Origin: Bacillota bacterium
Lineage (GTDB): Bacteria > Bacillota > Clostridia > Tissierellales > MES13
Assembly (NCBI GenBank): GCA_009711765.1
Contig: VEND01000090.1
Location: 1,065 to 65,064 of the forward strand
Direction: 5' to 3'
DNA: 64,000 nucleotides
Shown piece by piece: positions 8,102-15,521 of the stretch. The translations under genes were made by a program, and so were the position numbers. The notes beneath the pieces are model-generated. The model ran no database searches. It was given only the letters and a program-made list of their open reading frames with translations, and was not told the DNA's origin. Every line of letters starts with the position of its first letter. Positions within the stretch are counted from its first letter, which is position 1.

Positions 8102-9229
8102 ATGGTGAAAAAGACTTATTATTTTCTGGTTATAATAGCAATAATAATTGTTATATTTTTATTACCCAAAAATATGTTTACAGAAGATAATATTCCAACA
8201 ATATTAATTGGTAATAATGACATAGAAGTTGAACCTATATTTAAAAGTAAAGGAATAGGTAGTAGTGGGCCTTGGTACCCTGGATATTCAGCTGAGAATA
8301 CACTAAAAATATTAAATAATACTAATTCTAAAGTGAAGGTAAATAATTTAGGAATAGATATATCCTTATTTAGAAATGATATAAAGTTAGAAACTGACAA
8401 TAAAGATGTTATGGATTATTTAGATAATATGTTAATAAAAATAGATTATAGAAATCCTTTAACGAGAACATTTAAGGGAAATATTTTTGAAGGTACATTT
8501 AAAGAATTTTTAAATGGAGTAGATACAAATTTAGTATTAGGAAAGAAAGATAGTATAAATTTAATTTATACTATAAAAATGGATGAAAAAGCAGAGTCTA
8601 ATATAGCAGGAATAGTTGGAAAAACAGATTTCACGGTTAATATACAAGGTGATAATAAAACTAGTACTACTAAAAGAAAAAAAGAAGAAAAATATGATGA
8701 TATAGATAATCACTGGGCCCATGATTGTATAAAAACCTTACTGAAACATGAAATTATAAAGGGGTATCCTGATGGGACTATAAAACCAAATAATTATATT
8801 ACAAGGGCAGAGACGGCTGTTTTAGTAGGAAATGCATTAGATTTAGAAGAAAATAATAAATTCTTTTCAGGATATTTTGATATTTTACCACTTTGGGCAA
8901 GGGGTCATATAATCTCAACTACTGAAGCAGATGTTTTTAAAGGTTATCCAGGAAGATTATTTAAAGCTTATAAAAATATATCAAGAGAAGAAATGACTTC
9001 AGTACTTATAAGGGCATTTATAGAAAAAGAAAAAACAGATATAGATATTAAATTTGTAGATAAGAAAGATATTAGTGATTGGGCAATTGAAGATATAAAA
9101 ATAGCAGTAGACGAAAAAGTGATTGAAGGTTATCCAGATAATACATTCAAGCCTAAAGAAAATATAACAAGGGCAGAGGCATTTACAATCATTTGTAAGT
9201 TATTAGGATATCATGATGAACATAAATAA
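8102..9229 (+). CDS. TasA-like N-terminal domain fused to three SLH (S-layer homology) cell-wall anchoring repeats
   Basis: ATG 8102 is 6 nt after GGAG. N-terminal TM. PIFKSKGIGSSGPWYPGYSAENTLKILNNTNS...MDEKAESNIAGIVGKTDFTVNIQ. SLH repeats: HWAHDCIKTLLKHEIIKGYPDGT.KP...ITRAE, three times. Paralog of 18309..19448. Confidence 0.8.
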   Translation: MVKKTYYFLVIIAIIIVIFLLPKNMFTEDNIPTILIGNNDIEVEPIFKSKGIGSSGPWYPGYSAENTLKILNNTNSKVKVNNLGIDISLFRNDIKLETDNKDVMDYLDNMLIKIDYRNPLTRTFKGNIFEGTFKEFLNGVDTNLVLGKKDSINLIYTIKMDEKAESNIAGIVGKTDFTVNIQGDNKTSTTKRKKEEKYDDIDNHWAHDCIKTLLKHEIIKGYPDGTIKPNNYITRAETAVLVGNALDLEENNKFFSGYFDILPLWARGHIISTTEADVFKGYPGRLFKAYKNISREEMTSVLIRAFIEKEKTDIDIKFVDKKDISDWAIEDIKIAVDEKVIEGYPDNTFKPKENITRAEAFTIICKLLGYHDEHK

Positions 9230-9249
9230 GGATTTAGGAGGTGAATATA

Positions 9250-10476
9250 GTGAAAATGAATAAGAAAAAGATTGTAATAAAATCAGTTACTTTTTTAGTA
9301 TCTGGATTTATAATTAGTACAGCCTTTTTAATGAATTATGACACTTTTTCCTTCTACACTGAAAAGCTAACAGGGGAGGTAGGTGTTTCAGCTGCTAATG
9401 AAAAAGATATTATTAAAGATATAAATTTAGAAACTGATAGGTTTGGTAATACAGAGACCTTAGTATTACAAAAAGGAGAAGGATATGAAGGGGTACCAGT
9501 TATATATTTTTCAATTGATGGAGAGATAGAGGATTATATATTAAATATAAATCCTTTAGTTTTAAATTCATCTCAATCTAAAATATATATTAAAGCGAAA
9601 TCTAATATAACTTTAGAACAGTTTATTAAATTATTGGCAAGCGATAAAGATAAAATAACAGGGACAATAAATATAAGGTCTTTAAATGATTTTGTATATA
9701 ATAAAGACTATACATTAGAATTCAGTAAAAACTATCTTATTGATAAATTTAAATCTCAAATTCCGACAGAAGATAGAAAAGTTATAGAAATTGCAGAAAA
9801 AATATTACAAAGTAATCAGATAAGTTTAAGTGAAGAAAGATTAGTGGATTTTGCTATTTATTCTTTTAAAGAAAATGAAATGAATTCTATCAAGATAGTT
9901 AAAAAACTACTACAACATATTTTTTCTAAAAATAGTACTGAGGTTGATTCGTTAAAGGTTAGTAAAGAACATAGTTTATCCTTACAAAAAGAGCAGATAG
10001 AGTTGATAGATATAATACAGCCTAAATTTGTAGATTATATGAAGGATTTAGAAGGGACAGTTAAAAATTTAAATAAAGTAATAGATGATAATATATTAAA
10101 AATCGAAAAACTTAATGGTGAGAAAGGGATATTAGAAAGAAAAGCAAAAGAATTAGAAGAAACAAAAGAAGTTAAAAATCAAGAAATTGAAAAGCTAAAT
10201 AAAAAAATAGAAGAGATTAATAATGATATTGAAGTACTAAAGGATAATAATAATAAATTAGACAAAAGAATATCATATCTTAAAGAAGATAAAAATGATT
10301 TAGAAAAATCTATTAGAAAATTAAGAAAAGAAAAAGAATCATTGTTAAAGAAAAATGAAAGATTAATAAAGGAAAATAAAGAGCTTAAAAAAGAGATAGA
10401 AGAACTTAAAGATAAGCTTTCAACAGATAACGATGACAACACTACAGTCTCAGGGGATGTTTATGGAAGTAATTAG
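9250..10476 (+). CDS. Membrane-anchored or secreted protein with long C-terminal coiled coil
   Basis: GTG 9250 or ATG 9256 after AGGAGGTG. N-terminal hydrophobic segment is followed by TFSFYTEK. The last ~150 aa are a heptad-like K/E/L/N-rich coiled coil. Confidence 0.6.
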   Translation: MKMNKKKIVIKSVTFLVSGFIISTAFLMNYDTFSFYTEKLTGEVGVSAANEKDIIKDINLETDRFGNTETLVLQKGEGYEGVPVIYFSIDGEIEDYILNINPLVLNSSQSKIYIKAKSNITLEQFIKLLASDKDKITGTINIRSLNDFVYNKDYTLEFSKNYLIDKFKSQIPTEDRKVIEIAEKILQSNQISLSEERLVDFAIYSFKENEMNSIKIVKKLLQHIFSKNSTEVDSLKVSKEHSLSLQKEQIELIDIIQPKFVDYMKDLEGTVKNLNKVIDDNILKIEKLNGEKGILERKAKELEETKEVKNQEIEKLNKKIEEINNDIEVLKDNNNKLDKRISYLKEDKNDLEKSIRKLRKEKESLLKKNERLIKENKELKKEIEELKDKLSTDNDDNTTVSGDVYGSN

Positions 10477-10538
10477 TGAAAATATTAAAAACAAAAGGGA
10501 GTTTTGCATGAATACAATATCAAAGGAAATTTTACAAA

Positions 10539-10608
10539 CTGCAAAGTGTTGAGGATGTTAAACATATATGAAAATATAAAACTTGGATCATTTGTTTTAA
10601 TATATTAA
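10539..10608 (+). pseudogene. Dead 3' fragment of an L,D-transpeptidase gene (duplicate of 5747..5815)
   Basis: Translates LQSVEDVKHI, compared with LPVEDAKYIY in the intact gene. A 2-nt deletion shifts the frame. The equivalent stop context TATATTAA is retained. Confidence 0.75.
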
Positions 10609-10856
10609 TAAATTAGGTAATAGACAGTTAAAACTGTTTGTTACCTTTTTATTTTTTTGTATAAATTAAAAGACAAGCATACATATTTTTTTTATTAGTG
10701 AATATATATTTATAAGGATATAAAAGGAGTAAATTTATATATATAAAACGAAATGTTTTGGAAATAGTTAGAGACAAATGATTATAAAAGGGAGACTAGG
10801 AAATACATTCCATATATGGGCACCTGGAATGTATGGAGTCAATGGTACAACCGATC
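10539..10856 (+). repeat. Copy B of duplicated segment (ldt remnant + intergenic + structured leader)
   Basis: Collinear with 5747..6147. The leader core 10791..10856 matches 6081..6146 at 61 of 66 positions (manual alignment). Confidence 0.85.
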
Positions 10857-10886
10857 TTTATTTTAGTAAAAGGTCTTTTTATTTAT
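10788..10886 (+). promoter_or_regulatory. c-di-GMP-II-like riboswitch, copy B, with intrinsic terminator; leader of two-component system
   Basis: Same blocks as copy A, except GGUACAACCGAUC replaces GGUGCAACCGACC. Terminator stem GATCTTT (10853..10859) / AAAGGTC (10869..10875) plus TTTTTATTTATT. The 5' half of that stem overlaps the aptamer 3' end. Confidence 0.65.
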
Positions 10887-10906
10887 TATACGGGGGGGAG
10901 TAATTT

Positions 10907-12574
10907 TTGAACAGTATTTATAGGATAAAATCTTTTTTAAAAAAACAGTCAGAAGAAGTAAAAATAATGTTTTTTTATAGATACATATCTTTAATAGTTA
11001 CTTCATTTTTTTATTTTGTTGGAGATTCCCATCATAATATTCAAAGAAGACTATTTATAATAATATGTCTTAGTATATCGTCTATTATACTTAGTTACTT
11101 ATATATAATAAATGAAAAAAACCCTTCGAAAATAAAATTACTAGTGTTAATAGAAACTTTAGGTAATTGCTCAATTTTAATACCTTCTGGTGGGCTTAAT
11201 AGTCCCTATGTTTGGTATTCAATAAATACTATATTAATGACTTCAATGGCTTTAAAAGGAAAATATTCTTGGATTAATACATTTATATATTTAAGTGCTT
11301 CTACTTGGATATCCTATCTAGTTACTGATTTTAATAATTATAGCTTTATAGATTTAATAGAGGAAGAATCAAATATAATACTTAGTTTAATTTTGATTAC
11401 TTCAATAATAAGATTACTGTCAAAATACATAAAAAAGATGGAAATAAAAGGTAAGAAGGTTAAAGAAGCCAACAGAAAATTAAAAGAATCAATGACTCAT
11501 ATAATGGAACTTTATCAGGCAGTACATTTATTTACAACACAAAATAGTAAAGATAGTCTGATAGAAATTATAATTAATCATACTAAAAAAATAACAAAGG
11601 CAAATACAGTTATATTTTATAATATATCAAATGAAGAAGATAAATTAATCTGTAAAGGTAGTAAGTTATCTAATGATATAAAGGAAAAATTAAAAATAAA
11701 AATATCAGATTTAAGGAATAATATTCTAGATTCACAAATAACAATAGAATTAGGAATAGAAGGAGAAAATTTCGTTTTAATTGCTTTAAAGTCAAATTAT
11801 AAGACATATGGGATATTAGGGATTAAGTTAAATTATAAAGAAAATATAGAACAATTACAGTTTTTATCTGAGTTAAGCTCTATTGTATTAGAGAAATTCG
11901 AGCTTGAACAGGTTAATGAAAAACTATTGATTACTGAAGAACAAAATAGAATAGCAAATGAAATTCACGATAGTGTCCTGCAGAGACTATTTAGCATATC
12001 ATGTGGAATATTTGCTTTAATTAAAAAAGAAAAAATGACATCTGATGAGATGAATAATGAATTAAATATGATAAGAAGTTCCATAAACAGTACTATGAAG
12101 GAATTAAGATCAACAATATATGGACTGAGCTGGAAAAAAGAAGGTTTAGATTATTTTGTAGATAATATTTCAAATTATATTAATGAAGTTAAAAAATTAA
12201 ATAATGTAGATATAAGTTTCAATATAAAAGGAGATCATGAATTATTATCATCACTACAAAAGAAGTCAGTACATAGAATAATTTGTGAAGGTATAGGAAA
12301 TGCAGTTAATCATGGAAAGGCTAATAATATTGAAGTAAAGCTTAATATTAAAAAATATATAACTTTACTTAAAATAGCTGATAATGGTAAAGGATTTGAT
12401 TTAAATAAGGTAAGAAATAAAAAGGATGTAGGATTAGGTATTAAAAATATTCATTATTTAACTCAGTTACTTAATGGTGAAATTAATTTTAATACTAGAA
12501 ATGAAAAAGGAACTAAAATTAAAATCACCATTCCAAATAATATTAATAATTTTAAAAAGGAGGAAGTAATATGA
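10907..12574 (+). CDS. Sensor histidine kinase, HisKA_3 (NarX/LiaS/DegS-like) family, polytopic N-terminus plus GAF-like middle region
   Basis: TTG start after GGGGGGAG. About 5 TM helices. H-box EEQNRIANEIHDSVLQRLF. HATPase_c blocks NAVNHGKA, DNGKGF and GLGIKNI. Confidence 0.85.
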   Translation: MNSIYRIKSFLKKQSEEVKIMFFYRYISLIVTSFFYFVGDSHHNIQRRLFIIICLSISSIILSYLYIINEKNPSKIKLLVLIETLGNCSILIPSGGLNSPYVWYSINTILMTSMALKGKYSWINTFIYLSASTWISYLVTDFNNYSFIDLIEEESNIILSLILITSIIRLLSKYIKKMEIKGKKVKEANRKLKESMTHIMELYQAVHLFTTQNSKDSLIEIIINHTKKITKANTVIFYNISNEEDKLICKGSKLSNDIKEKLKIKISDLRNNILDSQITIELGIEGENFVLIALKSNYKTYGILGIKLNYKENIEQLQFLSELSSIVLEKFELEQVNEKLLITEEQNRIANEIHDSVLQRLFSISCGIFALIKKEKMTSDEMNNELNMIRSSINSTMKELRSTIYGLSWKKEGLDYFVDNISNYINEVKKLNNVDISFNIKGDHELLSSLQKKSVHRIICEGIGNAVNHGKANNIEVKLNIKKYITLLKIADNGKGFDLNKVRNKKDVGLGIKNIHYLTQLLNGEINFNTRNEKGTKIKITIPNNINNFKKEEVI

Positions 12575-13191
12575 AGATACTTGTAGTTGATGACCATCCA
12601 TTAGTAAGAAAGGGGATATCATCAACCCTCTCCTTTGAAGATGATATTGAAAAAGTACATGAAGCATCTAGTGTAGAAGAAGCAATGAAGGGATTACGTA
12701 GATATAATCCTGAAATTGCTATGATCGATTTAAAACTTGGTAAAGAAGATGGTCTAGACATTGTAAAAAAAGCTAAGAAAGAGAGATTATTTACTAAATA
12801 CATAATATTAACTTCATCTTCTAATAGGGATGACTTTTTAAGGGCACAAAGGGTAGGAGTAGATGGATACGTACTAAAGGAAGCTTTTACAGAGGATGTA
12901 ATATATGCATTTCATGTAGTTAGAAGGGGTAAAAAGTTTTTTGATCAAGAAATTTTACAATATCAGATGGATGAATCTAATGATGATAAATATGATGAAT
13001 TAACACCTAGAGAAAGGGATGTCTTAGTTGAGTTAGGGAAAGGTTTAAGTAACATACAAATAGCAAGAAAATTATATATATCAGAAAATACAGTTAAAAA
13101 ACATGTTAGTAATATATTTTCAAAATTATGTTTAAGTCATAGAACAGAGGCAGCACTTTATATTAATAATTCAGTTAAATTTGGAACTTAA
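12571..13191 (+). CDS. Response regulator, NarL/LuxR family
   Basis: 4-nt overlap with the kinase gene. REC domain (KILVVDDHPLVRKG, MIDLKLG). C-terminal LuxR HTH (LTPRERDVL..L.KGLSNIQIARKLYISENTVKKHVSNIF). Confidence 0.92.
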   Translation: MKILVVDDHPLVRKGISSTLSFEDDIEKVHEASSVEEAMKGLRRYNPEIAMIDLKLGKEDGLDIVKKAKKERLFTKYIILTSSSNRDDFLRAQRVGVDGYVLKEAFTEDVIYAFHVVRRGKKFFDQEILQYQMDESNDDKYDELTPRERDVLVELGKGLSNIQIARKLYISENTVKKHVSNIFSKLCLSHRTEAALYINNSVKFGT

Positions 13192-13223
13192 ATAAATACT
13201 CTTAAAGTAAAAGAGGTGTTTAA

Positions 13224-13721
13224 ATGGTAAGAAAAAGAAAGAAAAAAATATTTAAAGGTAAGAAATTAATGTTAATTAGCTCTATTGCAATGTTAAATTT
13301 TGTAGGAGTAAGTTATGCATCTTGGAATGATAACATAGAAATATTTACTTCTCTTTCCACTGGGGAAATGAATATATCCTTTATAGATAGTCATAATATT
13401 CAAAAGGTAAGGGGAAAAGGAACTTTAGAAGTAAAACATATCGGTGAAAATACAATAGAAATTAGTGGAGAGGTAGATAAAGATTATAAAGCATTTTTAC
13501 ATTACGGTGTAGTAAATAAAGGTAGTATCCCTGTTAAATTTAGAGGACATCCATCCCATGATAAAGCTGGATTGAAACTACGATTAAATAATCAATCTAA
13601 AATGATAGGACCTAAGGAAGTCATTTATAAAAATGGGAATCCTAAATTACATATTGAAGCAAGGGAAGTAGGTACTTGTAATTTTACAATAAAATTACCC
13701 TTTAAACAATGGAATCGTTAG
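13224..13721 (+). CDS. Minimal TasA-superfamily secreted protein (165 aa)
   Basis: Signal plus N-terminal strand FVGVSYASWNDNIEIFTSLSTGEMNISF, compared with TasA WAAFNDIKSKDATFASGTLDLS. Also VVNKGSIPVKF. C-terminal NFTIKLPFKQWN, compared with TasA FSFEATQWN. Confidence 0.7.
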   Translation: MVRKRKKKIFKGKKLMLISSIAMLNFVGVSYASWNDNIEIFTSLSTGEMNISFIDSHNIQKVRGKGTLEVKHIGENTIEISGEVDKDYKAFLHYGVVNKGSIPVKFRGHPSHDKAGLKLRLNNQSKMIGPKEVIYKNGNPKLHIEAREVGTCNFTIKLPFKQWNR

Positions 13722-13768
13722 CTAGATAGAGTCTACTTTTTAATATAGGTTTTAATGGAGGTATAAAT

Positions 13769-14005
13769 GTGAAAAAAGGATCGGTTATTTTATTAAGTAC
13801 AATAGGTGGATTTATCTTAATGTCAGGGGGATATGGCCTTTGGAGAGATAGTTTAACTATTAAAGGTAATATAACAGTTATTGAAGAGGTATATCCTGAA
13901 GAGACAATGGATGCTTTATCCTTTGAACAACCTAATTTAGACTTAGAAAATGTTACAGATATAGAGGATGAAAAAACGGTTACTGAAGATGTGTACAGTG
14001 AATAA
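13769..14005 (+). CDS. 78-aa secreted mini-protein: signal peptide, TasA-type N-terminal strand and acidic tail only
   Basis: GTG start after GGAGG. LSTIGGFILMSGGYGLWRDSLTIKGNITV resembles GAGYAYWSETLTINNTVKTG of the downstream subunits. The rest is D/E-rich, and there is no globular domain. Confidence 0.55.
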   Translation: MKKGSVILLSTIGGFILMSGGYGLWRDSLTIKGNITVIEEVYPEETMDALSFEQPNLDLENVTDIEDEKTVTEDVYSE

Positions 14006-14036
14006 ATAATAAAGAAAAGTAAATGGGGGACAAAGG

Positions 14037-15248
14037 ATGATAAATAATTATTTACCAACAAAAGCATCTAAAAAAAGATGCTTTTTACTTATCGGCTTAT
14101 TACTTAGTTTATATTTGGTTGAAAACTCACCCATAACTAAATATCTTGATAATCAAATTTTAAATTACATTTTAAAACCTATGTTATGGGGAAGTATGGC
14201 TTTAATAGTATGGATATTTCCTAAAATCAGATCTAAGGGTTTATTAAAATTAAAGGGACTTATAAATATATGGGCTTTTAATTTTTCTATAATTTTTATT
14301 GTTATATCAGTAATAGCAGGAGTTATTGATGGCTTAGGGAAAAGTCCTTACGATCACTCTTTAAGGGGTATGTTACTTAATATTTTACTAGTTGGTTCTA
14401 TGTTAATTGGTAGGGAGTTTGTAAGAAGTTATATAGTAAATAGTTTAACTAAGGAAGAAAATTATGTTGTATTTGTATTAGTTGCTTTATTTATGACTTT
14501 TATTAGTATATCTTTAAATAGGTATTTTAAAATAGATGGATATGTAAGTGGAGTTAAATTTACAGCCCAATACTTTGCTCCTGAATTTTCAAAAAATCTT
14601 TTTGCATCCTATTTAGTATTTTTAGGAGGGCCAATAGCTTCAATAATTTATTTAGGAGTATTAGAAGCATTTCATTGGCTTTCACCTATACTTCCGGATT
14701 TAAAATGGATTATAACTGCACTAATAGGTGTTTTATGTCCTATTTTTTCACTCCTTGCAATGCAAAGTATATATCTAAATCAATCTAAGGAAATAAAAGT
14801 GAGTGATAAAGAGGAAGATAGTCCTATAAGTTGGATGATAACTAGTATAGTATCCATAGGAATCATATGGTTTGCAGTGGGTGTATTTCCAGTTTATCCT
14901 TCTGTTATAGCAACAGGTAGTATGGAGCCTATGATAAAACCTGGGGATGTAATATTAGTTAAAAAAATAGTAGATATAGAAGGTGTTAAAAAGTTAGATA
15001 TAGACGATGTGATTCAGTTTAAACGAGGTAATATACTAATATCCCATCGAATAAAAGAAATAGTAGAGAAAGAAAAAGAGGGAATTCAATATAAAACAAA
15101 GGGAGATAATAACTCAGTTTCAGACAGTAAGTTAGTAAAGCCAGAACAGATAAAGGGAAAGATTGTAAAGGTTGTACCAAAAATAGGATGGCCTACATTA
15201 CTTATTAAAAGTAAAGACGATATTCCATTAGATCAAATAGAATTTTAA
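14037..15248 (+). CDS. Polytopic membrane domain (~280 aa) fused to SipW-type signal peptidase I
   Basis: The N-terminus has about 7-8 predicted TM helices of unassigned family. C-terminal peptidase blocks: ATGSMEPMIKPGDVILV, ISHRIKEIV, YKTKGDNNSVSD. Confidence 0.8.
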   Translation: MINNYLPTKASKKRCFLLIGLLLSLYLVENSPITKYLDNQILNYILKPMLWGSMALIVWIFPKIRSKGLLKLKGLINIWAFNFSIIFIVISVIAGVIDGLGKSPYDHSLRGMLLNILLVGSMLIGREFVRSYIVNSLTKEENYVVFVLVALFMTFISISLNRYFKIDGYVSGVKFTAQYFAPEFSKNLFASYLVFLGGPIASIIYLGVLEAFHWLSPILPDLKWIITALIGVLCPIFSLLAMQSIYLNQSKEIKVSDKEEDSPISWMITSIVSIGIIWFAVGVFPVYPSVIATGSMEPMIKPGDVILVKKIVDIEGVKKLDIDDVIQFKRGNILISHRIKEIVEKEKEGIQYKTKGDNNSVSDSKLVKPEQIKGKIVKVVPKIGWPTLLIKSKDDIPLDQIEF

Positions 15249-15280
15249 AAAAATCACAGGATACAGTCCTGTGATTTTTC
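15248..15280 (+). terminator. Rho-independent terminator after the SipW fusion gene
   Basis: AAATCACAGGA-tacag-TCCTGTGATTT stem followed by a T-run. Confidence 0.85.
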
Positions 15281-15453
15281 TATGTAGATAAATATTAGTT
15301 CAGCGACGTAATACTAAAGTAGTATATCTATAACTAATAAGTATTAGTAAATATACATCTAAAATAGGATAAATAACTATCCTTACGTACGATGTTAAAT
15401 ATATGAATAAATACTATAATTAGTATTGTAAGAAATATGAAAGCTAGCTAATA

Positions 15454-15475
15454 TTACTTAATGGCCATTAAGTAA
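15454..15475. promoter_or_regulatory. Perfect 22-bp palindrome upstream of first BsaA/TasA-like subunit gene (candidate operator)
   Basis: TTACTTAATGG|CCATTAAGTAA, ending 46 nt before ATG 15522. Confidence 0.4.
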
Positions 15476-15521
15476 AACCTATCAAATTTATTAAATTAAA
15501 AAAATAAGGGAGAGATTTTTA

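Noticed and set aside
10100-10440. Repetitive-looking DNA, considered as a possible CRISPR array or tandem repeat.
   Set aside because: There are no regularly spaced identical repeats. The periodicity comes from AAA/GAA-rich codons of a coiled-coil protein. I saw no CRISPR-like repeat-spacer structure anywhere in the window.
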